Positions 18,972 through 28,051 of a DNA stretch of 64,000 nt are shown here, in pieces (within the stretch, counting starts at the first letter, position 1; each line of letters begins with the position of its first letter). This stretch comes from an uncultured bacterium (GTDB lineage: Bacteria; Patescibacteriota; Minisyncoccia; Phycocordibacterales; GWA1-40-21), in the NCBI GenBank assembly GCA_903831595.1, contig CAIKXY010000013.1:6793-70792 (forward strand), given 5' to 3'. The notes below the pieces were generated by a model that saw only the letters and a list, made by a program, of their open reading frames with translations, was not told the DNA's origin and made no database searches. The position numbers were made by a program, and so were the translations under genes.

Positions 18972-19294
18972 AAGACCCACATGCGCAACTATAAAAATAA
19001 CAGAAAAATACGGAAAAATCAATTAAAATTAGGGAATCGGTTATATTTTCTACTTGAGTCCCATCCCGAACTCTAACAGCATATTTCTTTTGGTCCCATT
19101 CAAAACAATAAACAGACGGGGAGGGACCGCTTCGCTTATCTCTCCTTACAGGAACTGTACACCTTTCGTATCGTACTCACGACGTTCCGTGCGATAGACT
19201 CAAGGTTTTTCGATTCCCGCACACAAGCAAGTAATCTTGCTTGTTCCCGAGCACAAAATTAAAATACACATTTGAAATGTGTATTTTAATTTTG

Positions 19295-19378
19295 TGCTCG
19301 GGGCGGGAATCGAACCCGCATGGTGTTGCCACCGAGAGATTTTAAGTCTCTAGCGTCTACCAATTTCGCCACCCGAGC
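19295..19378 (-). tRNA. tRNA-Leu (anticodon UAA), class II
   Basis: gctcgggtggcgaaattggtagacgctagagaCTTAAAAtctct...gggttcgattcccgccccgagca. Confidence 0.8.
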
Positions 19379-19414
19379 AAAATTATTATCGAAACTTTAC
19401 TTATGTAAAATTTC

Positions 19415-19489
19415 TGGAGGCCTGGGGGAGAATTGAACTCCCGCATAGAGATTTTGCAGATCTCTGCCTTACCACTTGGCTACCAGGCC
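19415..19489 (-). tRNA. tRNA-Cys (anticodon GCA), 3' CCA encoded
   Basis: ggcctggtagccaagtggtaaggcagagatCTGCAAAatctc...gggagttcaattctcccccaggcctCCA. Confidence 0.8.
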
Positions 19490-19493
19490 TTTT

Positions 19494-19817
19494 TTATTTT
19501 AGAGGAATAGTATCTATTTTTTGTCTATGCTTTTCACCTAAATCGACTTCAAAATCAAATGATGGAATTCTACCAAGCTTTGTATTACTTTTGATAAAAT
19601 GTCGAAATTCAGACCTTATTCTTTTGGTAAACTCCAAGACCGCATCCTCTTTATCTTCTGGAAGAACTGTAAAAAGAATATTAGCATATTTTTCATCATT
19701 TGAAAGCTTCACATCAGTAATTGTGATGAGAGATGCGCCGTTTGACTCTTTTTGCATAAATTCTGCAGCGGCTTTTTTTATTATTTTTATTATTTTATCA
19801 GATCTGTTATCGGACAT
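19494..19817 (-). CDS. rbfA: Ribosome-binding factor A
   Basis: About 107 aa KH-like protein immediately downstream of infB, the conserved infB-rbfA order. The sequence KRIRSEFRHFIKSN..GRIPSFDF fits RbfA. Confidence 0.7.
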   Translation of the reverse strand: MSDNRSDKIIKIIKKAAAEFMQKESNGASLITITDVKLSNDEKYANILFTVLPEDKEDAVLEFTKRIRSEFRHFIKSNTKLGRIPSFDFEVDLGEKHRQKIDTIPLK

Positions 19818-21365
19818 TTATTTTTCTATCAATTTAAATATTTGTAATTTATCTCCAGGTGCTGGGGTGATTTCAGATTGGAATTGGCAACCAAATTCAA
19901 CCCCTTCACGGACTTCACCAGTTTTTTGTTTTTGTTGTTGTAGCTCACGAATTTTTCCTCTTCCAATTTCTGCATCTCTTCGCATTATCTTTACTTCTTC
20001 ACCTACAAAAACGGTTCCTTTTTCTACTCGTCCCCCGATAATATGTTTGTCTTTCATTGAACTAAATACTTTTAAAACTTTTGCTTCCGCAGTGACCTCC
20101 TCCACCATTACTTTTGGTGTTCTTTTTACAACTTCTTCATTTAACCATTCAGCAATTTTGTAAATTATATCAAAAGTCTTTATTTCTACTTTATATCTTT
20201 CGGCCAATTCTTTTGCAGAGGCGTCTGTACTGACATCAAAGCCAAGTATTATTCCAGGGTTTCTACCTGATGCAAGCTTTACATCATTTTCGGAAATATT
20301 TCCTATTCCGGCCCCAATTATTTTTATTTTTACCTTATCGCTGACTATTTTATTTATTTCATGCTCAACTGCGTTTATTGAACCGGCTGCTTCTGTTTTT
20401 ATCATTATTCTTATGTAATTCAATTCTGGATTTTCAGCTGAATTATCTGCGTTGTAATTTTTAATTGGGATTTTTTTCTCATTTTCTTTTTCATCAGAAA
20501 TATATTGTTCAGCTTCCTTTTTTGTTTTAAAAGTAATAAAAGGACCACCAACTTTTGGAAGTTTATCAAAACCAATAATCCTGATAGGGGATGAGAAGAT
20601 TGCTTCTTCTATTTTTTTACCCAAGAAACTTTCCATCATTCTTGTAGAAGCTATTTTGTCTCCGGCGACCACATACATTCCATTTTCTATATAACCATTT
20701 TTTATTACAAGGACTGCAGTAATACCTTTTTGTTTATCTAGATTTGCTTCTATCACCAAACCCTCAGCAAGTTTTTTGCTATCACCTTTAAGGTCTTCCA
20801 TTTCGGCGACAAGAAGAATCATGTCTAATAACTCTGGTATTCCTTCGCCGGATTTTGAGGAAATTGGAACAAATGGAACTGTGCCACCATATCCTTCAAT
20901 ATAAATTTCATTCTCAACTAAACTATTTTTTACTTTTTCGACATTAGCTGACGGCTTATCGATTTTACTAATTGCAACAATAAAAGGAATTTTACTTTCC
21001 GTAATACATTTCAATGCTTCGAGCGTTTGTTTTTTCACTCCTTCTTCTGCGGAAACAACAAGAATGGCTATATCTGCAATTGTTGTGCCACAAGTTCTCA
21101 TTGCACCAAAAGCTTCATGACCAGGTGTGTCGAGAAAAGTTATTCTCTCGTCTTTTCCATCTGGCATTTTGTGAACAAGTTCATATGCTGAAATCCTCTG
21201 AGTAATTCCACCAGCTTCAGTATCAACAATATTAGTTTTTCTTATATAGTCTAAAAGAGCCGACTTTCCATGGTCAATATGGCCCATTACACAAACAATA
21301 GGAGAGCGCTTTATTATGCTGTTTTTTGCATTCTTTTCCATGACTTTTTGACAATATAAAAACAA
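19818..21365 (-). CDS. infB: Translation initiation factor IF-2 (short form lacking the long N-terminal region)
   Basis: G-domain GHIDHGKSALLDYIRKTN, DTPGHEAF, NKID. The C-terminal beta-barrel domains are present. Total length is 515 aa. Confidence 0.85.
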   Translation of the reverse strand: MFLYCQKVMEKNAKNSIIKRSPIVCVMGHIDHGKSALLDYIRKTNIVDTEAGGITQRISAYELVHKMPDGKDERITFLDTPGHEAFGAMRTCGTTIADIAILVVSAEEGVKKQTLEALKCITESKIPFIVAISKIDKPSANVEKVKNSLVENEIYIEGYGGTVPFVPISSKSGEGIPELLDMILLVAEMEDLKGDSKKLAEGLVIEANLDKQKGITAVLVIKNGYIENGMYVVAGDKIASTRMMESFLGKKIEEAIFSSPIRIIGFDKLPKVGGPFITFKTKKEAEQYISDEKENEKKIPIKNYNADNSAENPELNYIRIMIKTEAAGSINAVEHEINKIVSDKVKIKIIGAGIGNISENDVKLASGRNPGIILGFDVSTDASAKELAERYKVEIKTFDIIYKIAEWLNEEVVKRTPKVMVEEVTAEAKVLKVFSSMKDKHIIGGRVEKGTVFVGEEVKIMRRDAEIGRGKIRELQQQKQKTGEVREGVEFGCQFQSEITPAPGDKLQIFKLIEK

Positions 21366-21401
21366 TCTGGCTTTCCATCTCGTTTATTTATTAGTTATTG
21401 A

Positions 21402-21863
21402 CTATATTATGCTTTCTTTAGCTTTTTGCAAGGCCGTTTTCTCCTCAGCGGTAAGTTCATATTCTGAAGAAGAATTTTTTATGGGTTTAGAAAATACGCT
21501 TAAATGGTCCCTTGAATATATGCTAGAAATCACAACGCCATCGCCTTCACTGTTTATAAGTGCAGTCGCAAAGCTCTGATTGCTTCCTGAGCCATCACCC
21601 TTAAATGGATTAAACCTTATGGTTTGATTTCCAGATACTGTTTTTTTAAGTTTTTTGTCTACGATTTCTAATTCCTCAACTGTTTTTTGTGCATGCCTTT
21701 TAAGTATATCTGTATCTTTTCGAATAGAGTTTATTGCGTCATCAAGAGAACCATTTTTACTTCCGAGAAGTTTTTTTAATTTAATCTCAAGTCTAATAAT
21801 CCAAACTAATAGTAATAAAATTATTAAAGCAACCCCAACAATTGTATATGTTTCAAAATTCAT
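21402..21863 (-). CDS. Membrane-anchored hypothetical protein (DUF4446-like)
   Basis: N-terminal TM, then a coiled-coil/charged region. Assignment is tentative. Confidence 0.4.
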   Translation of the reverse strand: MNFETYTIVGVALIILLLLVWIIRLEIKLKKLLGSKNGSLDDAINSIRKDTDILKRHAQKTVEELEIVDKKLKKTVSGNQTIRFNPFKGDGSGSNQSFATALINSEGDGVVISSIYSRDHLSVFSKPIKNSSSEYELTAEEKTALQKAKESII

Positions 21864-21937
21864 GTTGTTAATTATATATTTTAAAAAATATTTTGCAATT
21901 AATTTAAGGTCCCTAGTATAGATAAATTAATAATATT

Positions 21938-22633
21938 ATGGTATTCTGGCATTTAATATTAATATATATGATTGATGCACCTACAAAAAATAATGAAATG
22001 AAGGGGCCTTTTTTTGTTAAATCGTTAGAAAAGGATTTTGCTACAAAAACACTAAAAGGAAGAAAAAAAATATCGTTTCAAACTATTCATAATATTATAA
22101 AAACTGGTACGATAAAACCAAATACTAAAAGTTTTGGTTATAAAATGAGACTTGCATGTTCGTTACTTTTTGATGAATACACAAAAACTTATCGCGCTCA
22201 AGGTATTATTTTTAAAACAAAAAATAAACCAGATTATATTGCCCCATTCGATATAGTTTTACTAACAGAAACAGACGACATCATTGTTCAATACTATAGA
22301 ATAGAAGACAATCTTCATCTGTATTATAATCACAAATTAATTCCTGGTTACAAAAAGTTTATATTTAATAATATTGATATGATGACTAAGAAAATTCCTA
22401 ATCCAAAAATTGCTTGGGAAGAAGTAAATAAATTTAGAATGTCGGCTGGACATAAAAAACTTTCTAAACAAAAATATAGATTAGTCCAATATGTTGAAGC
22501 TATTTTTCATAAAACAATAGACATAGAACCGGTTGCCGTATTTGGATACACAAAAAAAGCAAGAATAGTAGCAAAGGAAAACGGATTATCTTGTTTCTCT
22601 TCAGCAAAAAAGTTTTATCAAAAATTTCGTTAA
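21938..22633 (+). CDS. Hypothetical protein (231 aa)
   Basis: ORF with no recognisable motif. The start may be the internal M at residue 11. Confidence 0.35.
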   Translation: MVFWHLILIYMIDAPTKNNEMKGPFFVKSLEKDFATKTLKGRKKISFQTIHNIIKTGTIKPNTKSFGYKMRLACSLLFDEYTKTYRAQGIIFKTKNKPDYIAPFDIVLLTETDDIIVQYYRIEDNLHLYYNHKLIPGYKKFIFNNIDMMTKKIPNPKIAWEEVNKFRMSAGHKKLSKQKYRLVQYVEAIFHKTIDIEPVAVFGYTKKARIVAKENGLSCFSSAKKFYQKFR

Positions 22634-22651
22634 TTTGTTATAAAATTACTT

Positions 22652-23821
22652 ATGAAAAAGATTTACTTAGATAATTCAGCCACAACACCTGTAGATAAGA
22701 AAGTGTTATCTGAAATGGCCAAATATTGGTCTATTGATTTTGCTAATCCAAGTTCTATTCACTCAATGGGTGTTATTGCAAAGGTGGCTTTACAAAAAGC
22801 TAGGAAAACTATTGCAGATATTATCTCTGGTCACGATAGAGAAATAGTTTTTACTTCAGGTGGTACAGAAGCAAACAATCTTGCTATTTTTGGTATTGTA
22901 AATAATTTAATTAAAAATGGTAAAAAATATTCTGATATTTATTTAATTACAACTGAAATAGAACACAGCTCAATCCAAGAGTGTTTCAAAAAACTTGAGT
23001 CTGATGGATGCAAAGTTGATTATTTAAAAGTAGATGAATTTGGAATTGTTAATCCAAAAGATTTGAGAAAATTAATAAAACCTGAAACCGCACTTGTCTC
23101 AATTGGCTATGCAAATAGCGAGATTGGTGTAATCCAATCTATCAAAGAAATAATAAAAGAGATTCGTCACAAAAGAAAAGAGTTTGAAAGAGCTGGAATT
23201 AATTTTCCGTATTTGCATATTGATGCATCACAGGCTGGACTTTATTTAAACGTAAATGTTGAAGAACTTGGCGTTGACTTAATGACTTTGGATGCACAAA
23301 AAATGTTTGGGCCAAAAGGAGTTGGTGCTTTGTTTGTGCGAGATGGGGTAAAAATTGAGCCAATGATGCTTGGCGGCGGTCAAGAAAATAACAGAAGGAG
23401 TGGAACAGAAAATATTCCATTAATTGTTGGATTTGCAAAGGCTTCTGAGTTGGCACAAAAAAATAAAGAGAAGGAAAGTGCAAGATTGATAAAGATAAGG
23501 GACGAATTTTTTGACAGCGTCAAAAGATTCGTTCCGAACGCAATTGTGAACGGTCATCTGAAAGAACGTCTTCCAAACAATATCAATATTTCTATACCAG
23601 GATTTGATGGAGAAATGATGGTGTTTAGACTCGATGAAGCTGGAATAATTTGCTCGTCATCGAGCGCTTGTGCTTCTGGTAGTGGTGAATCAGAAGTTGT
23701 AAAAAAAATCAGTTCAAGTGAAAGAGCAAAATCAACACTTAGATTTTCTATGGGTAAAGAAACAAAAAAAACTGATATAATAAAGCTTCTAAATACATTA
23801 AAAAAATTATGTCAAAATTAA
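22652..23821 (+). CDS. Cysteine desulfurase (class V aminotransferase, IscS/NifS-like)
   Basis: DNSATTPVD start, SGGTEANNLAI, the PLP-lysine region DAQKMFGPKGVGALFV, and the active-site Cys loop SSSSACASGSG. Confidence 0.75.
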   Translation: MKKIYLDNSATTPVDKKVLSEMAKYWSIDFANPSSIHSMGVIAKVALQKARKTIADIISGHDREIVFTSGGTEANNLAIFGIVNNLIKNGKKYSDIYLITTEIEHSSIQECFKKLESDGCKVDYLKVDEFGIVNPKDLRKLIKPETALVSIGYANSEIGVIQSIKEIIKEIRHKRKEFERAGINFPYLHIDASQAGLYLNVNVEELGVDLMTLDAQKMFGPKGVGALFVRDGVKIEPMMLGGGQENNRRSGTENIPLIVGFAKASELAQKNKEKESARLIKIRDEFFDSVKRFVPNAIVNGHLKERLPNNINISIPGFDGEMMVFRLDEAGIICSSSSACASGSGESEVVKKISSSERAKSTLRFSMGKETKKTDIIKLLNTLKKLCQN

Positions 23822-24141
23822 TAGCTTTTATTACAGCAATTTTTTTATCGGCAGTTGCAGTCCTTGCAGATTATTTTATTAAAAAAGCATCACAATTTCC
23901 TAATGTTTGGAATAAATCTTTGTTGATTGGGGCAGTAATATATGGGATAAGTGCTATTGGATGGGTTTTGGTTATGAAAAGTATGAAGCTTTCCACTTTA
24001 GGAGTTATCTTTGGATTAAGTTGTATTATTATGGTCACAGCCATTAGTGTTTTTATTTTTCATGAAAAATTATCAACTATAGAAATCATTGGTATTTTGC
24101 TCGGAATTATTTCTTTGAGTATTTTGTATAGATTTTCATAA
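23809..24141 (+). CDS. Small 4-TM membrane protein (SMR/DMT-superfamily-like)
   Basis: 110 aa with four hydrophobic helices, similar in size and topology to EmrE/EamA-type half-transporters. Confidence 0.4.
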   Translation: MSKLIAFITAIFLSAVAVLADYFIKKASQFPNVWNKSLLIGAVIYGISAIGWVLVMKSMKLSTLGVIFGLSCIIMVTAISVFIFHEKLSTIEIIGILLGIISLSILYRFS

Positions 24142-24191
24142 ATTGTTTTACAAGTTTCTATTTTGTTTTAAATAATATATAATATTGATGT

Positions 24192-25055
24192 ATGGAGAAT
24201 TTAACTAAACAACAATTAATTTTACTTGCGCTTTTAGTGAGCTTTGTTACGTCTATCGCGACGGGAATTGTTACTGTAGCTCTTATGAGTCAGGCACCAG
24301 TAGGTGTTGTACAAACGATTAATAAAGTCGTTGAAAGAACCGTTGAAACAGTTACAGGTCCAACAAAGGAAACACAGACGGTTGTAAAAGAAACAGTTGT
24401 CGTTAGTACAGATGATCAGATAGTTGCCGCGGTAGAAAAAAATAAAAACAGTGTAATTAGAATTTACAGAACAAATTCAGACCCAACTGCTGGATCAAAC
24501 TCGATGGTATTTGTTGGTTTGGGTGCAATTATTAGTACAGATGGTATGGTTGCAACAGATAATAATCTTATTACAGACGGCGCAAAATATTTTACAACCA
24601 ATGCTGATAGTAAATTGAGTGAATTGTCAGTCTTACGAGCAGTTTCTGGTGAGCAGATTGCACTATTAAAAATTAAAGGTGATGATAAAAATCCGATAAA
24701 ATATTCTGCCGTCTCTATTTCTAAAAATGATTTGAAACTTGGGCAATCAGTCATATATATAGGAGGAGAATCAAAAGACTCCGTTTCAACAGGAATTGTT
24801 TCGACATTATCAGCAAAAGAAATTAAATCAACCGACAACTCAACTTCAACCCCAATCACAACTCAAATATCAAGTATCGAAACTTCCGTTCCAGCAAATT
24901 TTACATCCGGGGGCTTATTATTAAATCTTTCTGGAGAGCTTGTTGGTATAAAAGCAATATATATGGATAGTTCAAAATCAGATTTATTTACACCTAGCCT
25001 AGATATACAAAATGCACTAAATGCGCTCGCAGATTCTCAGAAAAAAGCGCAATAA
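24192..25055 (+). CDS. Membrane-anchored trypsin-fold (S1C/HtrA-like) domain protein lacking the catalytic His; probable pseudoprotease
   Basis: It has GLGAIISTDGMVATDNNLI where HtrA has ...TNNHVV. The oxyanion/Ser box is FTSGGLLLN where HtrA has GNSGGPL. The whole protein contains no histidine. Confidence 0.5.
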   Translation: MENLTKQQLILLALLVSFVTSIATGIVTVALMSQAPVGVVQTINKVVERTVETVTGPTKETQTVVKETVVVSTDDQIVAAVEKNKNSVIRIYRTNSDPTAGSNSMVFVGLGAIISTDGMVATDNNLITDGAKYFTTNADSKLSELSVLRAVSGEQIALLKIKGDDKNPIKYSAVSISKNDLKLGQSVIYIGGESKDSVSTGIVSTLSAKEIKSTDNSTSTPITTQISSIETSVPANFTSGGLLLNLSGELVGIKAIYMDSSKSDLFTPSLDIQNALNALADSQKKAQ

Positions 25056-25133
25056 AACTATTAAATATAACGTTTTTTGACAAATTGCATTTTAACCGCT
25101 AAAATGCAATTTAAGTAATGATTTACAAAAAAT

Positions 25134-27812
25134 ATGCCACCATTTAATAATTTTACAACTAAAGCAAAGGAAACAATCAGAAGAGCTCACGAGCTTGCTA
25201 TTGAACGTGGACAAAATCATGTGAACCCGTTGCATCTTCTTGCAGCACTTGTGCTTCAAGAGGAAAGCGTTGTATCTTCAATTTTAGACAGACTAGAAAT
25301 TGATTTAATTTTATTTACAGATTCTATTCTTGAAGCAATCGAATCTAGTGCGGGTTCAACAACTCTTTCCCCAGCAAATCAAATTTATTTAACTCCAGAC
25401 TTGGCAAAAATTTTAGATTTATCTGGAAAAGAAGCGCAAGATTTGAAAGATGAATTTATTTCAACAGAGCATCTTTTTTTAGCGGAACTTGATACACCAA
25501 CTTCTGCTCGAGATATTTTAGTTAGATTTAAAATTGATAAAGCAACCATATTAAAAATTCTTTCTGAATTAAAAACTTTAAAAGGTGATGAAATAAATCA
25601 ACCAAAAAAATACAGAGCGATTTTGAAATATACTAGAAATCTCACAAAACTTGCAAAAGATAATAAACTTGACCCAGTCATCGGACGAGATAATGAAATC
25701 TCAAGAATAATTCAAATTCTTTCAAGAAGAACAAAAAATAATCCAATTCTTATTGGTGAGGCTGGAGTAGGAAAGACAGCAATTGTTGAAGGACTTGCGA
25801 TTAGGATTGCAACAAACGATGTCCCCGAATCTTTGAAAGATAAAGAATTGGTTTCACTCGACCTCGGACTTCTTATCGCAGGAACAAAATATAGAGGAGA
25901 ATTCGAGGAAAGATTAAAAGGAATTATAAAAGAAATTGAAAAATCAGAAGGTAAAATAATTTTGTTTATCGATGAGATACATACTATTGTAGGGGCAGGT
26001 TCAGCCGAAGGTTCAATGGATGCATCAAATATGTTAAAGCCAGCATTATCAAGAGGTGAACTTAGAACTATCGGTGCAACAACAATTAAAGAATATCAAA
26101 AAATCGAAAAAGACCCAGCATTAACAAGGCGTTTTCAGGCCGTCATTGTTTCTGAGCCATCAATTGAAGATGCAGTTGCAATACTTCGAGGGCTTAAAGA
26201 AAAGTACGAACTTTATCATGGAGTCAGGATTACTGATGATGCAATTTTGTCTGCTGTGAATTTGAGTTCAAGATATATTACCGATAGATTTTTGCCTGAC
26301 AAGGCGGTTGACCTTATTGACGAGGCTTCATCAATGCTAAAAATTTCTCTCGAAAATATGCCACCAATTCTTGAAGAGACAAGAAGAAAAGTTATGCGAC
26401 TTGAAATTGAAAAAGAAGCATTGAAAAAAGAAGTTGAAGGCGAAAAGAAAAAAGAAACAAAAAAGCGAGTTGAAATAATTGAAAAAGAAATTGCAGATTT
26501 GAAAGAAAAAACTTCTGACCTTGAACTTCGATGGACAACAGAAAAAGAAATATTAAGTGGGATAAAATTTCTGAAAAAACAATTGGAGATTTTGAGAATC
26601 GATGCAGAAAATGCAGAAATACAAGCCGACCTTTCAAAAGCTGCTGAAATAAGATATGGAAAAATACCAGAAGCGGAAAAAGAATTGGATATAAAATTAA
26701 AGAAATTAAAAAAACTTCAAACTTCACGAAGGGTTTTGAAAGAAGAAATTACAGAAGAAGACATTGCATCAGTCGTTTCCAAATGGACTGGTGTGCCGGT
26801 TTCTCGCATGCTTGAAAGTGAAGCTCATAAGCTTGTCAGGATGGAACAAGAGCTTGAAAAGAGAATTGTCGGTCAAAATGAAGCAGTAAGAAAAATTGCC
26901 GATACAATAAAAAGATCCCGTGCCGGTATTGCCGACCCAAATAGACCAATCGGTTCATTTATTTTCTTGGGTCCAACTGGGGTTGGAAAAACTGAACTTA
27001 CAAAAGCACTTGCAGAATTTATGTTTGATGACGAAAGAGCTTTGATAAGAGTAGATATGTCAGAGTTCATGGAAAAACATTCAACCTCAAAACTTATTGG
27101 TTCGCCTCCAGGATATGTTGGTTATGAAGAAGGTGGAGCACTCACAGAAACAGTTCGCCATAGACCATATTCAGTTATTTTATTTGATGAAATTGAAAAA
27201 GCACATCCAGAAGTATTTAACTTATTACTTCAGGTTCTTGATAATGGACGACTTACAGATTCAAAAGGAAGAGTAGTAAACTTCAAAAATACTTTGATCA
27301 TTATGACATCAAATATTGGGGCTCAATTCATAGATAAAATGGAGCAAATTGGTTTTACAGCAAAAGATGAAAAGAAAAACGAATACAATTTGGTAAAAGA
27401 AAAAGTATTGGCAAGTTTGAAAGATTTCTTTAGACCAGAGTTTATGAACAGACTTGATGATGTAATTATCTTTGATATCTTGTCGAAAGAAGCCATTAAA
27501 AAAATTGTTGATATTCAATTAAACTTGGTCAGAGAAAGGTTGAATGCGAAGGAAATTACTTTGCAGATGTCAGAAAAGGCGATCGAATATCTTGCAGATA
27601 AAGGTTACAATCCACAATACGGTGCAAGACCACTTAAGAGATTGATTCAGGATAAAATTTTAAATCACATTGCATCATTAATTATTTCAGAAGGAATATT
27701 AAAAGGTGGAACTGTTGTTGTTGATATAAAAAATGATGAGATGTCTTTTAGTGTAAAGAAGGGGAAAAGAGGAATGATTATTGAAAAGCAATTAGTTGTA
27801 AGTAAACCCTAA
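25134..27812 (+). CDS. clpB: Chaperone ClpB (two AAA+ modules with a middle coiled-coil domain)
   Basis: 892 aa with a Clp N-domain, NBD1 GEAGVGKTAIVEGLA, a long coiled-coil M-domain, NBD2 GPTGVGKTELTKALA and a sensor-2 region. Confidence 0.9.
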   Translation: MPPFNNFTTKAKETIRRAHELAIERGQNHVNPLHLLAALVLQEESVVSSILDRLEIDLILFTDSILEAIESSAGSTTLSPANQIYLTPDLAKILDLSGKEAQDLKDEFISTEHLFLAELDTPTSARDILVRFKIDKATILKILSELKTLKGDEINQPKKYRAILKYTRNLTKLAKDNKLDPVIGRDNEISRIIQILSRRTKNNPILIGEAGVGKTAIVEGLAIRIATNDVPESLKDKELVSLDLGLLIAGTKYRGEFEERLKGIIKEIEKSEGKIILFIDEIHTIVGAGSAEGSMDASNMLKPALSRGELRTIGATTIKEYQKIEKDPALTRRFQAVIVSEPSIEDAVAILRGLKEKYELYHGVRITDDAILSAVNLSSRYITDRFLPDKAVDLIDEASSMLKISLENMPPILEETRRKVMRLEIEKEALKKEVEGEKKKETKKRVEIIEKEIADLKEKTSDLELRWTTEKEILSGIKFLKKQLEILRIDAENAEIQADLSKAAEIRYGKIPEAEKELDIKLKKLKKLQTSRRVLKEEITEEDIASVVSKWTGVPVSRMLESEAHKLVRMEQELEKRIVGQNEAVRKIADTIKRSRAGIADPNRPIGSFIFLGPTGVGKTELTKALAEFMFDDERALIRVDMSEFMEKHSTSKLIGSPPGYVGYEEGGALTETVRHRPYSVILFDEIEKAHPEVFNLLLQVLDNGRLTDSKGRVVNFKNTLIIMTSNIGAQFIDKMEQIGFTAKDEKKNEYNLVKEKVLASLKDFFRPEFMNRLDDVIIFDILSKEAIKKIVDIQLNLVRERLNAKEITLQMSEKAIEYLADKGYNPQYGARPLKRLIQDKILNHIASLIISEGILKGGTVVVDIKNDEMSFSVKKGKRGMIIEKQLVVSKP

Positions 27813-27842
27813 CACCTAAATTATAAGATTTAGGTGTTAGGG

Positions 27843-27890
27843 TAAATAAATAAAACAAAAAGAGCGGGGCGCTTTGCGCCCCGCTCTTTT
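27843..27890 (+). terminator. Intrinsic terminator (agagcggggcgctttgcgccccgctct + T-run)
   Basis: Long GC-rich perfect hairpin flanked by A- and T-runs. Confidence 0.75.
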
Positions 27891-27931
27891 TGTTTGAAAT
27901 TCCGAATAATAAATGATACTATGCTTTTATT

Positions 27932-28013
27932 GCGCCGGTCGTATAGTGGCAATTACACGAGACTGTAAATCTTGCGGCTTCGGCCTTCGGGGGTTCGAGT
28001 CCCTCCCGGCGCA
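27932..28013 (+). tRNA. tRNA-Tyr (anticodon GUA), class II
   Basis: gcgccggtcgtatagtggcaattacacgagaCTGTAAAtcttgcggcttcggccttcgggggttcgagtccctcccggcgca. Confidence 0.8.
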
Positions 28014-28051
28014 CAAAAATAAAACGCTTTAATAGCGTTTTTATTTTTGTG
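28013..28051. repeat. 39-nt near-perfect palindrome immediately 3' of tRNA-Tyr (cacaaaaataaaacgct ttaat agcgtttttatttttgtg)
   Basis: Read directly from the sequence. Equivalent long palindromes follow tRNA-Leu(UAA) at 19252-19296 and tRNA-Phe at 32584-32623. Another lies between tRNA-Glu and a tRNA-Glu-like 5' fragment (39606-39634), and a self-complementary stretch occurs at 63941-63956. Confidence 0.7.

Noticed and set aside
18420-19500. Classic tRNA-targeted integrative island (attL/attR) as the explanation for the duplicated tRNA ends
   Set aside because: The duplicated ends are only 150-250 nt from their tRNAs and enclose no genes. No integrase or recombinase gene is present anywhere in the 64-kb window. 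Several copies are inverted, with an inserted hairpin, and are not simple direct att repeats.
19591-20163. 190-aa plus-strand ORF
   Set aside because: Antisense to rbfA/infB. S/F-rich low complexity.
22652-23821. Possible inactive cysteine desulfurase because the PLP-lysine motif reads DAQK and not the usual S-x-H-K
   Set aside because: The Lys itself and the active-site Cys loop (SSSSACASGSG) are retained. A His-to-Gln change next to the Lys is compatible with activity. It cannot be judged without alignment, so it is not raised as a finding.
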